64,000 nt of DNA from Polyangiales bacterium (lineage in GTDB: Bacteria; Myxococcota_A; Polyangia; Polyangiales; Polyangiaceae), in contig JBBRLQ010000007.1 in NCBI GenBank assembly GCA_038231275.1, forward strand, positions 1 through 64,000, written 5' to 3'. Made by a program: the position numbers and the translations under genes. How positions within the stretch are numbered: position 1 is the first letter of the stretch; each line of letters starts with the position of its first letter. Shown in pieces: positions 54,801 through 64,000 of this stretch. The notes beneath the pieces are model-generated. The model was not told the origin of the DNA and did no database searches. It saw only the letters and a list, made by a program, of their open reading frames with translations.

Positions 54801-54915
54801 CGACGCGCAGATCGAGACGTGGATGATCCTCCGCTTCGCGGGCGTGCCCGAAGGCGCCCGCGTCTCGCTCGTCCCCGGCGCGGAGCTGCGTCAGTCGATG
54901 GCGTGCGCGATGTGA
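51820..54915 (+). CDS. Large hypothetical lipoprotein with Asp-box (BNR) repeats
   Basis: VQAC lipobox; STDGGASW and TTDRGVSW Asp-boxes; paired Cys. Confidence 0.75.
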   Translation: MRAIRAAAMVAGVVTLAALAAVVQACGASEPRGAAIAPHGASDAGAPVAEAPPPRPQYVLGDVASRAFLAVPLDRADVLGVLHDGLRVVTTTGGTRSAREVTDPALVAVERVPRWLGGGFLFRSTTALYAADTFDGPLRPLITLPSPIERVAFGPKFALVRASNGERWAIELPAGKRVAVAPMGLADVAAVDGRAAALTDTGAALVSTDGGASWSDVTSQLRGRAEKVAVLEDAAWIVEVGGAALRVDADRLSAFDRAPAVKPAELRPRDPRWHAEEPPLRRAIRLGTPLDDRTALVVSDGDAVRIDVTTGEIVGSTPGRLPPDATCEALRADGDVLVACTRPNGGGAFVASRGGADKALGIEQTFAAAGTFYASDDGALAFGGPCTRPRASRGVVCVRSSGGTWQELDVDGAIADAGTTVDVARWVPRADGSAVGFVGGAQPGLIDARSGEVRPWRADAIPAPARAALTDGRRPTHAGRVIDRTWSTSPAGGLRGWTEAGAAIDVSPEGVVAVSPFSFERVATAGAYAFARTREGRVWQTTDRGVSWAEVAPPPTATTGRGVPDPRVCSAVGCDLGAWYRVGWPEVPPSAAPPPLVASPPARLTRDALPLLTCRRAGDPKTTVLARTDDSPADLGLGAATIPTSNDSGTLEIVRIAVGRLALVPPHGGTDGRDLDYGAPRMVVHGPGTEAAGEDRFIALAPNKDPLAVRRSIAFVLPFDPRATVRAAQVGTSDALAAARTSGQRAADVLREDTTALATVSLVTPLDPAAPADLLAVSPLGLMTVLRAGASPRGRVVLRARPPDDAIPLSAAQLGPDEIAVLEVEPSGKGVVFKLGPNGTSDLFDVAAPPRSGLYPANADAVAVGPKGDVATLRTPSGGDPPTAMDPALVVAPGAPPLALAPWSTLKTADAPECKAEAGGWRATLAVLRPWVKLGGDAHVEDDAPMFARVRWSVTRVCLEALEVRVADSDVKVAVIGDRRARRERTPQSPAAPIDAQIETWMILRFAGVPEGARVSLVPGAELRQSMACAM

Positions 54916-54934
54916 ACGGCCGCGGCGCGCGCCG

Positions 54935-55450
54935 TCACGAGTTGGCGAAGTTGGCGATCGCGCTGATGATGTCCGTGATCGTGCCGAGGGCCAGCGAGAC
55001 GATCGCGACGATGAGCGAGACCTTGGCCTTGGAGCGCGCGGTCTCGAGATCGCCAGTCTTCTTCGCGTTGCTTGCCTGAACGGCGAAGACGATGCCGACG
55101 ATTCCTCCGACGAACCCGAAGCCGCAGCAGAAGAGCGAGAGGATGCTGAGGACGAGCGGCAGCGTGGTGTTCACGTCGCCGCCCGCGCCGGGCATCATCG
55201 GTCCGCCAGGGGGAGGGAAGCCGCCGCCGGGAGGCCCGAAGCCCGCGGGCTGCGAACCGCCGTACCCGCCGCCGGGCGGACCGTACCCGCCGCCGGGAGG
55301 AGGACCGAACCCGCCACCGCCACCGCCACCGGCACCTCCACCACCGGCACCTCCACCAGGAGGAGGCCCGCCGTAGCCGCCGCCGGGCGGACCGTAGCCG
55401 CCGGCCGCGTTCAGGGTTCCGTTCGCGCGCATCGGGTCGGTCGAGATCAT
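54935..55450 (-). CDS. Gly/Pro-rich CD225/dispanin-like membrane protein
   Basis: GGYGPPGG repeats, then LSILSLFCC...GIVGIVFAVQA....GD...A...AK; start 55450 or 55462. Confidence 0.8.
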   Translation of the reverse strand: MISTDPMRANGTLNAAGGYGPPGGGYGGPPPGGGAGGGGAGGGGGGGFGPPPGGGYGPPGGGYGGSQPAGFGPPGGGFPPPGGPMMPGAGGDVNTTLPLVLSILSLFCCGFGFVGGIVGIVFAVQASNAKKTGDLETARSKAKVSLIVAIVSLALGTITDIISAIANFANS

Positions 55451-55532
55451 GGCAAACGTCATCTCCTCACGCGGCGCGGAGCATTGCACAAACGCCCGCG
55501 CGACCAAATCCGAAAGAGGTACGCTCGACCTC

Positions 55533-57092
55533 GTGAAGATCTGCCCGCGTTGCTCCGAAGGATTCGCCGACGAGGCGTCCTTCTGCCCGACGTGTGGAGA
55601 GGAGCTGAAGAAGAGCACCGACCCGTACCTGGGACGGACGATCGCGGCGCGCTACCGGTTGACCAAGCGTCTCGGCGTCGGCGGCATGTCGAGCGTCTAC
55701 CTCGCGCGGCACGTCATCATCGAGCGCCTCAGCGCGATCAAGATCTTGCGCCAAGAGCTCAGCTTGAACCCGGCGCACCGCGAGCGCTTCCTCCGCGAGG
55801 CGCGCGCCGTCAACCGCATCAACCACGAGAACATCGTCGAGATCACCGACTACGGGGAGAGCGACGGCGTCACCTACCTGGTCATGGAGTACGTGCAAGG
55901 CGAGACGCTCCTCTCGCACCTCGCGCACGGCGCGTTCGCGTGGCCACGCGCTGCCAACGTCGCGCTCCAGATCGCGAGCGCGCTCTCCCGCGCGCACCAG
56001 GCCGGCGTCATCCACCGCGACCTGAAGCCCGAGAACATTCTCCTCGTCGACGGCGTCGGTCAGGAGCGGGTAAAGCTGACCGACTTCGGCATCGCCAAGC
56101 TCGTCGACGCGCCGGCCCTCACCTTCAACGAGCAGCTCTTCGGCACGCCCGGGTACATCGCCCCCGAGTACGTCGAGGTCGGCACCATCTCGCCGCAGAG
56201 CGACATCTACTCGCTCGGCGTCGTCTTCTACGAGGCGCTCACCGGCAAGCTCCCGTTCGACGCGAAGGGGCAGGCCGATCTCCTCTTCCTCCCCCTCACC
56301 AAGGCGCCGATCCCACCGAGCCAACGAGTGAGCGGGATCCCGCCGGAGATCGAGTCGCTCGTGTTGCGCATGCTCGCGCGCGTGCCGAAGGATCGGCCGC
56401 GCGACGCGTTCGCGGTGTGCGACGCCCTGGTCGAGGCGCTCCGTCACGCAGGGGCCGGGACCTCGTCGCCGCCGCTCCAAGGGTCGTCGCGCGACGAGTC
56501 GCCGACGCTCCTCGACAAGGACCGGGCAGATCTCGCCGCCCCCGACGCGCCGCCCGGTCAGGGCGTCACGCGTGAGATGTCCTCGCGGTGGCATGCGGCG
56601 CTCGTCGATCTCAACGCGTCGATCGATCGCGCGCGCAAGAAGGGTCAGGTCGAGAACGCCGATCGCGCGGCCGAGCTCGTGGAGCGCGCCTCCGAGATCG
56701 TGGTGCGGCTCGAGCGCACGTCTCGGGTGTCAGGGGATCTGCAAGCGAAGGTGGACCTGCTCGAGTCGCAGGCGCGCGAGTTCCGGGCGACCCTGGGGCG
56801 TGCCATCGACGTCCTCGTCCACGATCGCTCTCGCGAGCTCGCGCACCTCGACGCGCTCCGTGACGCGCAGATCCGCGACGAAGAGGAGCGTGCACGCGCC
56901 GTGGCCACGGACATCGAGTTTCAGATCAAGGCGCTGAGCCAGCAGCTGGAAAAGAGGAACGAGGAGCACGATCGTTCGCTCGTCGAAGCGGCGGGCGCGC
57001 TCGAGGGATCCCTCAGCGCGCTTCGTGTGCTGCAAAAAGAGCTGATGCGGGTCGTCGACGACGCGGCGGCGGCCGTGGCCAAAGCCAGGTAG
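55533..57092 (+). CDS. Ser/Thr protein kinase with N-terminal zinc ribbon and C-terminal coiled coil
   Basis: CPRC...FCPTCG; GVGGMSSVY, HRDLKPEN, DFGIAK and GTPGYIAPE. Confidence 0.94.
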   Translation: MKICPRCSEGFADEASFCPTCGEELKKSTDPYLGRTIAARYRLTKRLGVGGMSSVYLARHVIIERLSAIKILRQELSLNPAHRERFLREARAVNRINHENIVEITDYGESDGVTYLVMEYVQGETLLSHLAHGAFAWPRAANVALQIASALSRAHQAGVIHRDLKPENILLVDGVGQERVKLTDFGIAKLVDAPALTFNEQLFGTPGYIAPEYVEVGTISPQSDIYSLGVVFYEALTGKLPFDAKGQADLLFLPLTKAPIPPSQRVSGIPPEIESLVLRMLARVPKDRPRDAFAVCDALVEALRHAGAGTSSPPLQGSSRDESPTLLDKDRADLAAPDAPPGQGVTREMSSRWHAALVDLNASIDRARKKGQVENADRAAELVERASEIVVRLERTSRVSGDLQAKVDLLESQAREFRATLGRAIDVLVHDRSRELAHLDALRDAQIRDEEERARAVATDIEFQIKALSQQLEKRNEEHDRSLVEAAGALEGSLSALRVLQKELMRVVDDAAAAVAKAR

Positions 57093-57113
57093 GGCGAGGT
57101 AGAAGGGGAAGCC

Positions 57114-58490
57114 ATGTCGAGCAGTCCGGGACGAGGGGAGACCGAGGTCAACGCGAAGATCGCCTTGTCCGAGGGGAGCGGCGTACCGCGCATCACGGCG
57201 GTGTCGGGGCCCGGCGCGGGCCGTTCGCTGGCGATGGCGCGCGCGCTGGCGACGGCGGGGCGACACGCCACCAACGATTTGGTCCTCACCGATCCGCGCG
57301 TCTCCGGCGTTCACCTCGAGCTCTCTCGCGTCGGTGCGCGCATCCACGTGCGCGACGCCGGCAGCACGAACGGGACGTGGCTCGGCGCGCATCGCGTCAC
57401 CGAGATCGAGCTGACGGCGGGCGGCGAGCTCACCGTGGGCGACACGGTCCTGCGCGTCGACACCGACGGCGGCGCCAGGCCGGCGGCGCGCAGCGAGAGC
57501 GAGTCGTTCGGAGACCTCGTCGGCGAGTCGCATGCGATGCGCGAGCTCTTCGCGACGCTCGAGCGCATCGCCCCCAAGAACCTGGCCGTCCTCATCCAGG
57601 GAGAGACGGGCACCGGGAAAGAGGAGGTCGCGCGCGCCATCCACGCGAGGTCCACGCGCGCCGCGTCGCCGTTCATCGTGATCGACGCGACGAGCTTGCC
57701 CGAGACGCTGGCGGAGTCGCTCCTGTTCGGCCACGAGCAGGGGGCATTCACCGGTGCGACCGAGCGGCGCATCGGCTACTTCGAAGCGGCGACCGGCGGA
57801 ACGGTCTTCATCGACGAGATCGGCGAGCTCCCTGCGGCGCTCCAGTCGAAGTTCCTGCGCGTCCTCGAGCGTCACGAGGTCACGCGCGTCGGCGGGCACG
57901 CGCCCATCAAGCTGGACGTGCGCGTGCTCGCGGCGACGCACCGCGACCTCCGTCACGACATCGACGCCGGACGCTTCCGCGAGGATCTCTTCTTCCGCCT
58001 CGCGCAGACCCGCGTTCAACTGCCTCCGCTTCGCAACCGCCTCGAGGACATTCCGGTGCTGTGCCGGAAGCTGCTCGGCGCCATCGCCGGCGAACGCAAC
58101 TTGCTCATCGAAGCCACCGCGCTCGCGCACCTCCAGACGCAGCCGTGGCCGGGGAACGTACGCGAGCTGAGCAACGTGCTCGTGCGCGCCGCCGCCCTCG
58201 CCAACGACGACGTCGTGAAGCGCGCTGACGTGGCCAGCGAGGGAGACGGCTTCCGCGGCACGCGCGCGGAGCGGAGCGTCCTCGACTTGTCCGGTGAGTT
58301 CGCGCCCGCGAAGGACAAGGCCATCGAGCGCTTCGAGTCGGTGTACTTGTCGGCGCTCATGCGTCGCTGCGCCGGCAACCTGTCCCAGGCGGCGCGCGAG
58401 GCCAACCTGGCGCGGCACCACCTCCGCGACCTCCTCAAGAAGAGGGGGCTCTACGGCGTGTCGTGGGACGCGAAGGACGAGGAGCCCTGA
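57114..58490 (+). CDS. FHA-domain sigma-54-dependent transcriptional activator
   Basis: FHA motifs GR...VSGVH...STNGT; GETGTGKE, GAFTGA, FIDEIGE, FREDLFFRL, WPGNVREL; C-terminal HTH. Confidence 0.95.
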   Translation: MSSSPGRGETEVNAKIALSEGSGVPRITAVSGPGAGRSLAMARALATAGRHATNDLVLTDPRVSGVHLELSRVGARIHVRDAGSTNGTWLGAHRVTEIELTAGGELTVGDTVLRVDTDGGARPAARSESESFGDLVGESHAMRELFATLERIAPKNLAVLIQGETGTGKEEVARAIHARSTRAASPFIVIDATSLPETLAESLLFGHEQGAFTGATERRIGYFEAATGGTVFIDEIGELPAALQSKFLRVLERHEVTRVGGHAPIKLDVRVLAATHRDLRHDIDAGRFREDLFFRLAQTRVQLPPLRNRLEDIPVLCRKLLGAIAGERNLLIEATALAHLQTQPWPGNVRELSNVLVRAAALANDDVVKRADVASEGDGFRGTRAERSVLDLSGEFAPAKDKAIERFESVYLSALMRRCAGNLSQAAREANLARHHLRDLLKKRGLYGVSWDAKDEEP

Positions 58491-58576
58491 CGCCGACGCC
58501 GATGTGCTGCAATTCTGGGCATTTGGCGGCCTCCGGATCCGCCGCGCGGGTTCAGGCGTAGACTTCTTCGACGCCC

Positions 58577-59380
58577 ATGATCGCCCTCGCATCTAGCCTG
58601 AGCGGACGTGCCGTGGCGATCGCCGCGTCGGCGGTCGCGCACGTGGCGCTCTTCGCGGCCGCGGGGCTCGGCTCCGGTCACGCGTCGGCGTCCGCGCCGG
58701 GCGAGGCGATGCTCACGATCGACGTCGAGGTCGCTCCGGAGGTGCCTGCGCCCCCGCAAGAAGAGGAGAAGACGCCGGAGCCGGTTGCTCGAAACGTCGA
58801 GGCGCTGCACGTGCCGACGCACACCCACGCGTATCAAGTCGCGCCGGATCACGACGACCGTCCCCACGATCCGTCGGCGCCGCACGAGCACGCGCACGAG
58901 GAGCACGCCGACGAGCCCGCGCAGGCCCCCGCGGTCGTGGCCGCGCCGGCGAGCGCGCCCGCGCGGTTCGCAATGACGTTCGGCGGCGCGTCGGCCAGCG
59001 CAGGCGGGCACGTCTCCGCGACGGGGACCGCGACGTCGCCCGCGTCGGATGGAGTGGGCGGCGGGCACGACCACGACCACGACGACGCGTCCGCGATCGT
59101 GCCCGAGTCGGGCGTGTCGCGGCGGGCTCGGCTCGTGGAGCGCGCGCCTCTCGCCTATCCGTTCGGCGCGGAGGATCTGGAGGCCGACGTCGCCCTCGAG
59201 CTCGTCGTCGACGCCGCCGGTCGCGTCGAGAGCGCGCGTGTCACCCGTCGCGCGGAGCACGGGTTCGACGAGGCCGCGCTCGCCGCCGTCCGTAAGTACC
59301 GCTTCACGCCCGCCGAGCGGACGGGGACGCGTGTGCGCGTGCGGATGGCGTGGGTCGTGCAGTTTCGCCTCGCGCGGTGA
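58577..59380 (+). CDS. TonB family protein with a His-rich linker
   Basis: TM with SxxxH (SAVAH); C-terminal YP...V...VDAAGRV...FDEAALAAVRKYRFTPA. Confidence 0.88.
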   Translation: MIALASSLSGRAVAIAASAVAHVALFAAAGLGSGHASASAPGEAMLTIDVEVAPEVPAPPQEEEKTPEPVARNVEALHVPTHTHAYQVAPDHDDRPHDPSAPHEHAHEEHADEPAQAPAVVAAPASAPARFAMTFGGASASAGGHVSATGTATSPASDGVGGGHDHDHDDASAIVPESGVSRRARLVERAPLAYPFGAEDLEADVALELVVDAAGRVESARVTRRAEHGFDEAALAAVRKYRFTPAERTGTRVRVRMAWVVQFRLAR

Positions 59381-59969
59381 AGACGCCGCGGATTCGAGCG
59401 CGCGCCGGATCGCTCGGTGCCGCGCCCGGGTCCGTATCGCGCAGGTGACGCAGGTTCACGAGGTTGATCGCGACGTGCGCGAGCACCGGGCCCGCGAGGC
59501 TCCCCGTCAGTGCGAAGATCCCGGCGAGGAAGAGCCCCGTGACGCACGCCCACGCCGCCCATCCCCAGCGGGCCGGTCCGCGCACCTGATGGAGCAGCCC
59601 GAAGGCGACGCTCGAGAGCACGATCCCGACGACCGGCACGAGGAGGCCTCGGAACACGAGCTCCTCGGCGATGCCGCTCGCGAGCGCCATCACGACGATG
59701 TCGCGACCCGACGTGTGCCGCACCGTCGGTCGCAGCGCGGCGTGCAGCGCGCGGGCCCACGGCTGCGTCCGAAGGAGCAGGCGCGTCGTCGCGATGGTCA
59801 GCCCGGCGAACAGGCCTCCCATGACGAGGCTCGTCCCGAGCGCGAGGCCGCCGCTGAGGCCGAGCGCCGACGTCGTGGTCAGGGGATCGCGCCCGAGGAA
59901 CGCAGCGACGCTCGCCGCGCCGAGCGCGAGCGCCGCGTACGTGAAGGTTCGAAGGACGGGCTCGACCAC
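59304..59969 (-). CDS. CPBP/CAAX intramembrane metalloprotease
   Basis: Motifs EELVFRG, FGLLH and AHVAIN; start uncertain. Confidence 0.88.
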   Translation of the reverse strand: MVEPVLRTFTYAALALGAASVAAFLGRDPLTTTSALGLSGGLALGTSLVMGGLFAGLTIATTRLLLRTQPWARALHAALRPTVRHTSGRDIVVMALASGIAEELVFRGLLVPVVGIVLSSVAFGLLHQVRGPARWGWAAWACVTGLFLAGIFALTGSLAGPVLAHVAINLVNLRHLRDTDPGAAPSDPARARIRGVFTARGETARPTPSARAHASPSARRA

Positions 59970-60113
59970 GACGGGAGGGGACGCTAAGCCACCGCAACCG
60001 CGCGCGCAATCCTCGCGAGGTCTGGATTTTCCTGCCCCACCTGTGCGGGGACGAGCAACCGTTTCCATTCACGGGACGCATGCTCTAGAGTCGAGGACTC
60101 CTCCTGGGAGACG

Positions 60114-61604
60114 ATGACGACACCCCACGACGAACGCCCGCGCGTCCTGATCGTCGACGACGAGAAGTTCATCCGCGACATCCTGGCCGACTTCCTCGGT
60201 ATGGAGGGCTACCACGTCCGAACCGCCGAGGACGGCGCGGCGGCCCTGAACGAGCTCGACCACGCCCATTACGACCTCATCATCAGCGACCTGAAAATGC
60301 CGCGGATGGGGGGCATCGAGCTGCTCGAGGCCATCGCCACGCACGCGCCGCACGCGCTCACCGTCATCATGACCGGCTTCGGCACGGTCGAGACCGCGAT
60401 CGACGCGATGAAGCGCGGCGCCTACGACTACATCCTGAAGCCGTTCAAGGTGGAGGAGGTCATCCACGTCGTCCAGCGCGGGCTCGAGAAGCAGCGCTTG
60501 TCGGCGGAGAACCTTCGCCTCAAAGAAGCGCTCAGCCTCTACAAAGTCAGCGAGGCGATCACCGCGAGCCTCTCGCTCGACGAGGTCCTCGCGACGGTCG
60601 GTGACACGGCGCTCCACGAGATCCACGGCGATCTCGTCTCGACGTGGCTCGACGACGGCGAAGGCGGCTACTTCGAGCGCCAGCGCCTCACCCAACCGAA
60701 GCCGGTCGCCACGAGCGCGGAGCTCGGGCGCCTGGATCCGGCGGCATTCGTCGCGCATTTCGCCGGCGACTCGATGCTCCTCGAGCACGGCGCGCGGGGG
60801 ATGAAGTTCTTCAAGGAGCCGCCGGGAGTTCCCGTGTCGTCGCTCCTCGCGGTACCGCTGCGCATGAAGCAGCGCGTCCTCGGCTTCATCGCGGTGGCGA
60901 GCTTCTCCAAGAGCAAGCGCTTCGACGAGGGGCAGCGCAAGCTCCTCTCGATCGTCGGCTCGCGCGCGGCGGCGGCGATCGAGAACGCGCGCCTCTACGA
61001 GGATCTCCGCGCGACGTTCCAGCAGACCATCCAAGGCCTCGCCAAGGCCATCGACAAGATGGATCGCTACACGGCCGGCCACTCGGATCGCGTCGCCACG
61101 TACGCGATGCACCTCGCCGTTCGCCTCGGCCTCCCGCCCGACATGATCGAGATCGTGCGCCAGAGCGCGCTCATGCACGACATCGGCAAAATCGGCTGCG
61201 TGATGAACCTCAACAAGCCCGGCAAGCTCACGCAAGACGAGTACGAGGTGTTCAAGAAGCACCCTGGCTACGGCAGAGACATCCTCGATCCCATCAAGTT
61301 CCTCCACCCGCTCATCCCTGGCGTGCACCTGCACCACGAGCGGTGGGACGGGCGCGGGTATCCGCTGGGCCTCAAGGGCAACGACGTGCCGCTCATCGCG
61401 CGCATCATCGCGGTGGCCGACACGTACGACGCCATGACCAGCGATCGCGCCTACCGCCGCGCGCTCCCGCACGAGGTCGCCGTCAACGAGATCGAGCGCT
61501 GCGCCGGCTCGCAGTTCGACCCCGAGGTGAGCGACACGTTCGTCTCCGGGCTCGAGCGGTACCGCGAAGAAGAGGCCGCGAAGGGCCACCGGGTACCGGA
61601 GTAG
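60114..61604 (+). CDS. REC-GAF-HD-GYP c-di-GMP phosphodiesterase
   Basis: REC motifs VDDE, SDLKMP and KP; GAF motifs VPL...[13 protein letters not shown] and [11 protein letters not shown]. Confidence 0.93.
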   Translation: MTTPHDERPRVLIVDDEKFIRDILADFLGMEGYHVRTAEDGAAALNELDHAHYDLIISDLKMPRMGGIELLEAIATHAPHALTVIMTGFGTVETAIDAMKRGAYDYILKPFKVEEVIHVVQRGLEKQRLSAENLRLKEALSLYKVSEAITASLSLDEVLATVGDTALHEIHGDLVSTWLDDGEGGYFERQRLTQPKPVATSAELGRLDPAAFVAHFAGDSMLLEHGARGMKFFKEPPGVPVSSLLAVPLRMKQRVLGFIAVASFSKSKRFDEGQRKLLSIVGSRAAAAIENARLYEDLRATFQQTIQGLAKAIDKMDRYTAGHSDRVATYAMHLAVRLGLPPDMIEIVRQSALMHDIGKIGCVMNLNKPGKLTQDEYEVFKKHPGYGRDILDPIKFLHPLIPGVHLHHERWDGRGYPLGLKGNDVPLIARIIAVADTYDAMTSDRAYRRALPHEVAVNEIERCAGSQFDPEVSDTFVSGLERYREEEAAKGHRVPE

Positions 61605-63855
<2,251 letters not shown>

Positions 63856-63886
63856 TTTTTGGCTTGTTTCTCCGCGTGCTAGCGTA

Positions 63887-64000
63887 ATGTCGTTGAATCC
63901 CGGACGCGTCCTCATCATCGAAGACGACCCGTGGACCGCGAGCGTGCTCGCGAAGTTCCTACGGGAGCGCGGCCACGAGGTGTTCCTTTGCGGGGACGCC
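63887..64000 (+). CDS. Response regulator receiver domain protein (truncated by the window end)
   Basis: MSLNPGRVLIIEDDPWTASVLAKFLRERGHEVFLCGDA. Confidence 0.8.
   Translation, partial: MSLNPGRVLIIEDDPWTASVLAKFLRERGHEVFLCGDA

Overview
High-GC bacterial chromosomal window with dense, translationally coupled genes. The gene content (FHA-domain sigma-54 activator, Ser/Thr kinases, FHA-CpaF fusion, Cys-rich lipoproteins) suggests Myxococcota, probably a Polyangiales/Labilithrix-like organism; this is an inference. No rRNA, tRNA, CRISPR array or mobile element was recognised. Housekeeping genes are purF, HMG-CoA lyase, cyclophilin, lspA, def-ribD-nrdR, yceD-rpmF-fabH-fabD-fabG-acpP-fabF (no plsX), glnE, guaB and lipB. 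The best candidate for an undescribed system is a coupled membrane-lipid operon at 1-6874: CDP-alcohol phosphotransferase, GtrA, class-III aminotransferase, AUR1/IPC-synthase-like PAP2, PgpA, MMPL/RND exporter and DUF3047. Other observations: a lipoprotein with a MACPF/stonustoxin-like motif; several proteins with degenerate catalytic sites (FHA-CpaF, HARE-HTH/Mrr, REC-Hpt, kinase-FHA-GGDEF-like, macrodomain); a MarR-controlled BKACE/crotonase/carboxyltransferase operon; a lipB that seems to need a non-canonical start; and several operators and structured leaders. All calls come from motif recognition by eye; no database searches were run.
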